Shown here: in pieces, positions 54,001 to 61,908 of the stretch
Layout of the letters: the number at the start of each line of letters is the position of its first letter
Position numbering within the stretch: position 1 is the first letter of the stretch
From: Podarcis vaucheri
Taxonomy: Eukaryota
Strand: one strand, 5' to 3'
Assembly: GCA_965113315.1 (NCBI GenBank)
Contig: OZ220364.1
DNA length: 64,000 nt
Notes under the pieces: generated by a model
What the model saw: only the letters and a program-made list of their open reading frames with translations
Databases searched by the model: none
What the model was told of the DNA's origin: nothing
Made by a program: the position numbers and the translations under genes

Positions 54001-54204
54001 TTGGTCCATTTCAACCTTTAGTGCCAACTTTGCCTTGTGCCAGATCCAGGCAGCTGAAACACGTCTTCAAGAAGAGAAGGAGTGCATGCATTTCTGTGTT
54101 GCTTGGCTTCCTTGAAGGCTGCCTTCATTCTCAGCTCCCTGAGTGGTTTCCTTAGCACTGCTTCAGCAGTTTGGGACGGTGCTGGCAAGGGGAGGTCAAA
54201 GGTG
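51010..54204 (-). other. PFKFB4: Probable PFKFB4 3' UTR following exon D
   Basis: About 3 kb with no recognisable transposons, AU-rich; minus-strand AATAAA at 51607-51612 and 51031-51036. Confidence 0.55.
51031..51036 (-). terminator. Candidate distal PFKFB4 polyA signal AATAAA (a proximal one lies at 51607-51612)
   Basis: Plus-strand tttatt; a U-rich tract (plus-strand A-run near 50966-50981) lies downstream on the minus strand. Confidence 0.5.
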
Positions 54205-54264
54205 CTACAAATGATTAGGTACAGTCCTCAAAGCTTCTTCTCGAGAGCGGCTAACGCATACATT
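54205..54264 (-). CDS. PFKFB4: PFKFB4 duplicated terminal coding exon D (NVCVSRSREEALRTVPNHL*)
   Basis: Strong acceptor cttgttctcttttcag; 12 of 19 residues identical to the canonical tail without gaps; followed by long UTR-like sequence. Confidence 0.85.
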   Translation of the reverse strand, partial: NVCVSRSREEALRTVPNHL

Positions 54265-55223
54265 CTGAAAAGAGAACAAGACAGCAAGCTTTATATACTT
54301 CACTCAAACACAATGCTTGCCCTTTGGCCAATTCCTGAACATTTCTCACTATCTATGGGCTTTCCTTTGCTAGTTCATGGAAATATGGTGAAATTAAGGC
54401 TGTAATCCTATGCACATTTACTTTAGCATAAGACCCACCGACATCAGTGAAGCCTCGCTTCCCAGAAAATATGCATAGATTTGGGCTGGATAAAATCACA
54501 ATATTTTGTCTTAGCTGGTTCCTCTATATTTTCATGTGTTGTAACAATTTCCATCATTCCAGAATACATTTCTCAATATGCATCAGTCTTCAGTTCCATT
54601 GTTCTGAACACCAGCTTATCAGAAACTCAAAGAGATCCCAATATAGGTTCAGTTGCACTTTGAATGCTTGGTCTTAGGCCTCTGGGCCCCTTATGTAGCC
54701 CTAGGTAGAAGTCTGGTTTTTTCCAGTGTTCACTGGGAACTACCAACATAAGCACATGCTGCTAGCTGATTGAACAACCCAAATGAAATGTTTTCATTAT
54801 CGCAATCAATGCAATGACACATGCACAAGTCCAGGAGGGAGAGATCCTTAAGAGTCACAAGTTTGAACCCAGCTACAATGCCTATACACAATACTTTTCC
54901 TTCCCTTTAAACCAATAACTGTATTAGGCAACAAGCTATGTGATACTACCACCTCTCATCACAGATAAGATATGTCACGACACATTTAACACTCAACATA
55001 CTAGTCTTCAGGCATTCCAGTGGCATGTGAAAACAGCAAGCAAGCAGAGGCAAATTGCTAAGCTCCGGCTCCATCACCCTCCATAAGTTGGGACGTTAAA
55101 CATCTGAAGCAGACAACGTCCTACAGTCATGGAGGCTTCCAGTGTGATTATGGACCCAGGAAGATCTAGGTTTGAAATTGCTTAAGGAAGCCTCCACAGA
55201 TACAAGAGGTTGAAGATGTTAGA

Positions 55224-55358
55224 TCAGTCTTTCTCAACCTTAGGTTTCCAGATGTTGGACTACAACTCCAATCATCCTTAGCTAGCAGGACCAGTGGTCA
55301 GGGATGATGGGAGTTGTAGCTCAGCAACATCTTGGTGACTCAAGTGTTGAGGAAAACA
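55224..55358. mobile_element. hAT-type MITE (ggactacaactcccatcatccc family)
   Basis: Internal palindrome; homologous to the 56699 copy. Confidence 0.7.
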
Positions 55359-55680
55359 GGGGGTGAAATTTAGTGCACTTCTCCCCACTTGCAAGTTGTT
55401 TTTACACACAAGTAGAATGTCTGAACAACCAAAAATTACCCCTCAGGGACTCAAAGGCTGCCAATTGCAAATCTCTATCCTAGAAGCTCAGTCTATCCTA
55501 GACCACAGTCGTTCTAGCAGCAGCCATTTGATACAAGTTGCTACCTGATCCTTGAGGTCAAGTTAAACCGCCCTACATAGTTTCTGCTCAGGCCAAAAAA
55601 AGCCATTTATACATAGGCTTTGTGTTACCACTACAGAGTGCAAAGAAATGCACAAATAGTTTTCTAGTTGTGTTCAGATC

Positions 55681-55862
55681 AGGGCTATTGGACAAGGTAG
55701 ATCCCATGCATTGTATGCAGAAGATCCCAAGTTCAATTCCTGAGATCTCAGCTAGTGGACAATGCAAAACACCTCTGCCTGTGACCTTAGAGAGCTACTG
55801 TAATACTGGGCTTACATGGACCAAGAGCCTGATCTAATATGCAGCAGCTTCCAATATTCCTT
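55681..55862 (+). mobile_element. Degraded Squam3-like SINE
   Basis: gcattgtatgcagaagatcccaagttcaattcctg...gcagcttcc. Confidence 0.5.
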
Positions 55863-56407
55863 ACACATTTTCAAACTCCTATTGGAGTTTTCAAAGTTTG
55901 TCCTGTCCAACTGCATCCGATACTCAACTCTCCCACACAATATGAACATTTTGTCCTGTCAATGAGCCAGACAGATGTGTACCCAAGGAGCTCTAATGAG
56001 TGCCCCAATGATCTTTACCTACCATCAAGCACACCATCATTTTATTCTAAAAGCCTGAACCAACTTTTCTCCACCATCAGAAGTGGTACATCTCCCCAAA
56101 AGCAAGATTTCCAGGTAACAGATTTGGGAGCAGTGAACTCATCTCTTTGCAGGATGAACTGAGTCATCCTACTCTTCAATGGAAGTACGAAACACAAATG
56201 TGTAAGGCACATACCCAAGGCACCCTAATGATTATACCTGCTCCAGTGTAGGTTTGCATGGTTCATGCCAACTTTTAAGAAAATTGCTGCTAATACGTTT
56301 TCCATTCATCTACACATCGACTTCTACAAACTGACTTCCTGGTGCAGAACAGAGATCAAAGAAGTAGGAAGAAGACATTCATAAGACACCTGTACAGGTA
56401 TCGGTTT

Positions 56408-56464
56408 TCAGCAAGGCCTGCTAGCCGCTGGCAGTATAACAGTTGTTATTCTCCTTCTCGGAGA
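56408..56464 (-). CDS. PFKFB4: Candidate PFKFB4 alternative C-terminal exon C (SPRRRITTVILPAASRPC*)
   Basis: Acceptor ctcattttttttgaag; 18 codons then TGA; donor CAG|gtgtct 18 nt after the stop (exon 56390..56464); shares an RR..TVI motif with exon B. Confidence 0.45.
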   Translation of the reverse strand, partial: SPRRRITTVILPAASRPC

Positions 56465-56698
56465 CTTCAAAAAAAATGAGCTGTTATTCTACCCTTAAGT
56501 GAAATTAAATAGGTTTCAGTTAACAAGAATGAACTCAATCTCTTAGAATGAAGACATTAGTAGTATTTGTACTCTTCAAACACAAAACGTGAGATGAGAA
56601 CATGCATTCTTATCAAAAGGGCTCTTGATTTAAGCTGCTAGGGTTTCATACCACATAGCATCATCTACCAGATCCTCTCCTCCCTTTATTACCTTGGC

Positions 56699-56834
56699 CA
56701 GGCATAGGCAAACTTTGCCCTCCAGCTGTTTTGGGACTACAACTCCCATCATCCCTAGCTAACAGGACCAGCGGTCAGGGGTGATGGGAATTGTAGTCCC
56801 AAAACATCTGGAGAGCTGAGTTTGCCTATGCCTG
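56699..56834. mobile_element. hAT-type MITE
   Basis: TIRs caggcataggcaaact / agtttgcctatgcctg; TSD accttggc / accttgac. Confidence 0.85.
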
Positions 56835-57849
56835 ACCTTGACTATTATCCAGGAAAGACATGAGATCCCTAATCAAAGCACTGTAGGGTGTTACAGTCTT
56901 GCATCTGGCCTTTGAGATTAACATCAGTTAAACATCTTAATGGAATCCAAGATATACATAGATACAGAAATCTTAACCAGTCCTGAAGAACAAAAAATCC
57001 AGTATCTAGGATCTTTTCTTTCAGTTCTCAAATGCAAGACCTCCTAGAGATTCACAAGGATATGTGCTCCTTTCCCTTACTTTGCCACGAGATATCACCA
57101 TAATTGTGATATCGATCTTACAAAACTAAAACTCCTGGATTTAAGCTGGGGAGGGGGGCTAACGTTTTCCGGTCAAGGGCTGCACTGACCCATGCCCAAC
57201 ACTGTGAGAAGAATGGTAAACTGGGCTAAGGCCAAAGAAGGAAATTAATCCCTTTTATTATCTTTCCATTTAAGCCAACCCATTTCTTTCCTTCCCCAAT
57301 TCATTCTATTTGTATTTTCTTTTATATACTTTTAGCTGATTGTTTTCCCTCAAAGTCCCACTTCCGCCACTCAAAATTCACACAAATTCATTTTATTTAT
57401 TCACTGTGATGCTGATGCCATTGGTTTTCTTTGTTCTGCTGACGCAGGGAGAGGAGAGAAATTGCCAAAAACGTTTCAAATAAGAAGCCATCAAACCTCT
57501 TAGCTGATGGGTTGGCCTGATCTAAGCAATGTAACCATAAGCACCACCGAAGCTGATTCTCTAGCCCCAACCCCCAACATGAAGTTAGTCTAGTGAAAAT
57601 CGGTTGAACAAAGCAAGTGCCTCTGTTGGGGGAGAGGCTGTTCCTGGCAACATCTCTGGCCCCTATAATAGTTTTGTTTATATGTGGCAATGCAGGATTC
57701 AAGTGACAAACTTTTTCTAATCTACCAAACTTGTTTACAAGATGCTTAGAATTTAGAGTATGTAAGTTAGCAGCAGCTACACTGCTTTGGTTTGGTTTTG
57801 TGAATCACCCTGGGAATTATTTGGCTGTCAGGAAGTATGAAATGATTTA

Positions 57850-58091
57850 CAGTGGTACCTCGGGTTACATACACTTCAGGTTACATACGCTTCAGGTTAC
57901 AGACTCTGCTAACCCAGAAATAGTACCTCAGGTTAAGAACTTTACCTCAGGATGAGAACAGAAATCGTGCTCCGGCGGTGCGGCAGCAGTGGGAGGCCCC
58001 ATTAGCTGAAGTGGTGCTTCAGGTTAAGAACAGTTTCAGGTTAAGAACGAACCTCTGGAACAAATTATGTACTTAACCCGAGGTACCACTG
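57850..58091. mobile_element. Tc1/mariner-type MITE (family 1, inverted relative to the 3593 copy)
   Basis: ta|cagtggtacctcgggtt ... aacccgaggtaccactg|ta. Confidence 0.9.
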
Positions 58092-58538
58092 TATTTATTT
58101 TTTAAGTACTGCAGTTTACTGGCCCATCTCGACATATGGGGAAGCTCCACCTTTTTCCTTTTGGAATTTTACAGCATCATCTTGAAGCACAAATGCCATT
58201 GTGTGTACTAAAATGCTTCTTCTCAGAACCGCCCCCGCCCCCCGCAAGCTGCTTTCGAATCTCCGAGGAGGTAAATTTATGTCAGGGGTTGGGAACTTCA
58301 GGCCTGGGGGCTTCTCTGTCTGGGTCTCAGGACTCTCCTCTTCCTCCTCAGCAACATACCCTCTCTCCCCAGGCCACACCCCTCAGCAGCCCAACTTTGC
58401 ACCATCTACAGCCTAGAATGGAGAAGCAACAGGGAAAGGAGTAGTTGTGTATTATTCCTTTCCACAAGTGCCATTTCTTTACTCCATATTGACAGTGGTT
58501 CTATCCAGAGGTGTTTCAAATGCATGTTTACCCTGGTA

Positions 58539-58598
58539 TTAGTAATGTCTAGTAACTTCACGGGAGTAAGAAATAACAGTTTGCCTCCGTTTGCCAAA
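58539..58598 (-). CDS. PFKFB4: Candidate PFKFB4 alternative C-terminal exon B (FGKRRQTVISYSREVTRHY*)
   Basis: Acceptor tttcttctacag; 19 codons then TAA; donor AGG|gtaaac 7 nt after the stop (exon 58532..58598). Confidence 0.55.
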   Translation of the reverse strand, partial: FGKRRQTVISYSREVTRHY

Positions 58599-59629
58599 CT
58601 GTAGAAGAAATATATTTCTATGATTCTACTTTATAAAGAAAACAAATTAAGACATTACTACTATGAGTCCTCTTCATATAAATTATAAATTAGGGCTGCC
58701 ACCCTATTAAAAACACCTTTGTTGACTGATTGAATCTATTCACTAAAATTCATGCTATTTCAAGAAACTGCATCTGAATAGAATAAAAGAGTCCTGAAGC
58801 AAGAAGCATATTTCTTTTTTTTCTTATAAAATGTTTAGTTTAGTTATAGCAGGCAACTTCTTAGACGAGGCATTCCTTCTCATGTGAACGAAAAGAGAAA
58901 GGCCTCTTTTTAATGGGTGTTTAAAAGAGTCTTAACACCACCTGCAGTTGTTGTTTTTAAAAACTAACAATATTTTTAAATTAGCTTTTAAAAATTAGCT
59001 GTCAAAGTAATTAGAAGTACAAATTAAACTTTAAATGATCAATTAATCCCATAATAAATTTTGCAGACCTTTTTTTGAAATCACAGAAATACATCTTCCA
59101 CAAAGACAGGGGCAAGAACACTATTTCCCAGAAGCTACTATTAAACAGTCATAGAATTCTATGGTTCTATGAATTAGCAGACGATCTACATTGCCGATAC
59201 TATTCACTAGCTGTGAAACTAACTGTAGAAAGACTATTAATTATGCTCCTCTATGTAAAACAATCCAATCACTCAAGAGAAAATAAAAATACTCATTAAT
59301 AGACAACTGCCCCATATTATCTCCCAACAGGGTTTGAGTGTTTGATCAAGCCTTAACGGACATAAAACATCAGGTTTAAAATTAGCAATCACCAATTGAT
59401 CAAGTGTTATATCAGAGAAGCCAGTAATCAGATGGCTCAGCCAATTAGTTCCAATCCAGGGGGTAGGGGACAATAAGATTTGATTGTTTGATTTCTAAAA
59501 GCCACGAGCTACACAAAAACTGATATTATCTGTGGATGATTCCAAAGTGATTGGAACAATTGAAATAATTTTAATATAATATGATGAAAAGAAGCACCAC
59601 ACGTTTCATAGCTGATCAGGACACGGGCT

Positions 59630-59689
59630 TCACTGGTGAGCAGGGACAGTTACAAGGGCTTCCTCGGGAGGTCTTGAAATGTCTACATT
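59630..59689 (-). CDS. PFKFB4: PFKFB4 canonical C-terminal coding exon (NVDISRPPEEALVTVPAHQ*)
   Basis: Minus-strand acceptor ttattattacacag. The phase-0 translation matches the C-terminus of mammalian PFKFB4 as recalled. Upstream catalytic exons lie outside the window. Confidence 0.92.
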   Translation of the reverse strand, partial: NVDISRPPEEALVTVPAHQ

Positions 59690-60086
59690 CTGTGTAATAA
59701 TAAAAATACAGAGGAAAATGTTTATCATGCAACATGGCCAGTCAGCTTTCTTCACAAGTAAACAGCCGAGCTTGTTAAATTAACAAATATAGTCACTTAT
59801 CTAGAGCAATAAAGCTTTTTTAAACCAGAGACAGTGGAATTGCCTTCTTTATAGACTGCGTTTAATAATTCTGTGGACCACAGGCTAAGTGCTGGCAGCT
59901 CTCCTCAAAACACACACACACACAGAAACTGCTTATGTTTAGAGTATCTCAACTATATAACTATATTTAAAAGCTTGTGATTCATTACATTATGCATAGC
60001 ACATTCATACTGCAAAAAGCAAGTCTTATCAGCCAGATACCATTAAATAGAAGTGAACAATTGGGAGGGGGTTGGGTGCCAGGAGA

Positions 60087-60246
60087 AGGGCCATAGCTCA
60101 TTGGTAGAGCATCTCTTGACATATGCAAGCAGAGCTGGAGAAAAAGCTCCTATCTGAAAACATGGAGTCACTCACTGAATACAGACAATACTGAACTAGA
60201 TGGACCAATGGCCGAGTCAGTATAACACAGCTTCCTACATTCCTAT
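60087..60246 (+). mobile_element. Squam3-like tRNA-derived SINE
   Basis: gggccatagctcattggtagagcat...agacaatactgaactagatggaccaatgg...cagcttcct. Confidence 0.7.
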
Positions 60247-60313
60247 GTGTCCTGGTGCATAGGTTCTACTGGAATAATTTTAGTCATATTGTGACATTAG
60301 CCCCTGTATATTA

Positions 60314-60481
60314 CTGTATTTTTCCATGTATAAGACTAGGGTTTTTCCCTTAAAAATAATGTCAAAAATTAGGGGGTGTCTTATCCACGGATACATCTCC
60401 CCCCCCCATTTTCTTAAATCTGAGTCCCCAAAAATAGGGGGCGTCTTATACATGGGGGCGTCTTATGGACGGAAAATACAG
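60314..60481. mobile_element. Tc1/mariner-superfamily (pogo/Tc2-like) MITE
   Basis: TIRs ctgtatttttccatgtataagac / gtcttatggacggaaaatacag. Confidence 0.7.
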
Positions 60482-60759
60482 AGTTCCTACTGTCTAGGAT
60501 AGCATACATTTCCATGTCTTTCAGTCTTGAAGCTATAACTACAGCCCTCAAATTATATGGAGAACTTACCAATAACTGAGTATCTGGCACAAAATTAGAT
60601 CAAATCCTGTTACCATTAAGAGACTGCTCTCTTCTTTAAGTTACACAGAATAAGTACATGAGCTTTTTTTTTAAAAAAAAAAAACCTCAGCCAGATGGGC
60701 AAGGTATAAATAATAAATTATTATAATGCTTCTGCTCATTGTGAGGAAGGACAAGATTG

Positions 60760-60985
60760 GACAACTTCACAGAGGAGAGGACTATTGATGGTGGCTAGCC
60801 ATGATGGCTATTCTCTGCCTCCGCAACTGGAAGCAGCAAAGCTTCTGAATGACAGTTGTTGGAAAGCACGGGAGGGGAGAGTGATCGAATCCTGCTTGCT
60901 GGTCTCCCGCAGGCATCTGGTCAGCCACTGTGGGAACTGGATACTAGACGAGATGATCCAGAAAGCTCTTCTGATGTTCTTAGAA
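60760..60985 (+). mobile_element. CR1 3'-end fragment
   Basis: ttggacaacttcacagaggagaggactattgatgg...gcatctggtcagccactgtggg...gctcttctgatgttctta. Confidence 0.6.
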
Positions 60986-61341
60986 GAAGCTCTAATGGGC
61001 CTTGGAGCCTTGCCTCCTCTTCCGCCCCCTCAGCCCTGGAAACCATTTCCTTTCATTGGCCCCTTTCAGACTTCTGAAATGTCACAAGTTGTGCCTTCAC
61101 GTTCTGAAGTTTATCAGCACAGCAGGAACAGCTGAAGACAGAACTCTAAGGTCAATTCACTGATGAAGCATCATGGGTCTGTGCTAGCACTGCATCATGG
61201 TTGTGCCAGTGCAACTGCAGCAGCAGTATTTATGTCTCAGGAGCACAAAATGCTGTGAACTTAGGTACTAGAAACTTCGGAACAAATGGGTTCAGAACGG
61301 AAGAACAGAACACTATCCGTTGCCTTCTCAGAACCTTTAAG

Positions 61342-61466
61342 GCAGGGGTTGTCAATGCACTGCCCTCCAGAGGCTGTTGGACTCCAAATCCCATCAGCCC
61401 CAGCCAGGACAGCCAATGGTCAGGGATGATGCAACTTGTAATCCAACAACATGTCAATCTCCCTTG
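61342..61466. mobile_element. hAT-type MITE (same family as 56699)
   Basis: caggggttg...ggactccaaatcccatcagccc...tcccttg; flanks ctttaagg / ctttaggc. Confidence 0.6.
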
Positions 61467-61572
61467 CTTTAGGCTTATGCTAGCAGTGCCTGAACCCACC
61501 CTGGGAACTTGGGAACTCTTCAATTGTGGATAAAGAAGAAGGAGGAAAAGTTTCCCTTTGGGGTAACACTAC

Positions 61573-61627
61573 CTGTGCTCGCCATAACAGTCCTGATTAA
61601 TGCCAAACAGAAAAACAACAAACATGG
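61573..61627 (-). CDS. PFKFB4: Candidate PFKFB4 cassette exon with two acceptors (55 nt: PCLLFFCLALIRTVMAST; or a 20-nt form 61573..61592)
   Basis: Very strong acceptor ctcatttctcccgctccactttctgcttctcag; second acceptor ...cattaatcag; donor CAG|gtagtg. Confidence 0.4.
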
Positions 61628-61877
61628 CTGAGAAGCAGAAAGTGGAGCGGGAGAAATGAGGACCAGGCCACCGCCTGGATGAGGGCACACTCTCTCTCTT
61701 ATTCACTCACTAGCCCAAATGAGTATCTAATCAGAGGAACTGTCTGCTGCGGCTAATGAATATCATCACTACTTTTCACGTCTCTCTCCTTTCTCTCCAC
61801 TGATTACCAGGAAGGGTAAGAGGAAAAAAATAAGCAGCACATTTTATTTATTCACTTCCTTTAGAGCACTTCCTTAC

Positions 61878-61908
61878 CGCTGAATATATAAAAAGATCTT
61901 TAAGCAGT
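61878..61908 (-). CDS. PFKFB4: Candidate 31-nt PFKFB4 micro-exon
   Basis: Acceptor cccccctttctgtag, donor GCG|gtaagg; reading frame undetermined. Confidence 0.3.

Noticed and set aside
58406-58597. ORF-track peptide MANGGKLLFLTPVK...
   Set aside because: Starts at TTG one base inside the exon B acceptor; it is an alternative frame running through the candidate donor into intron.
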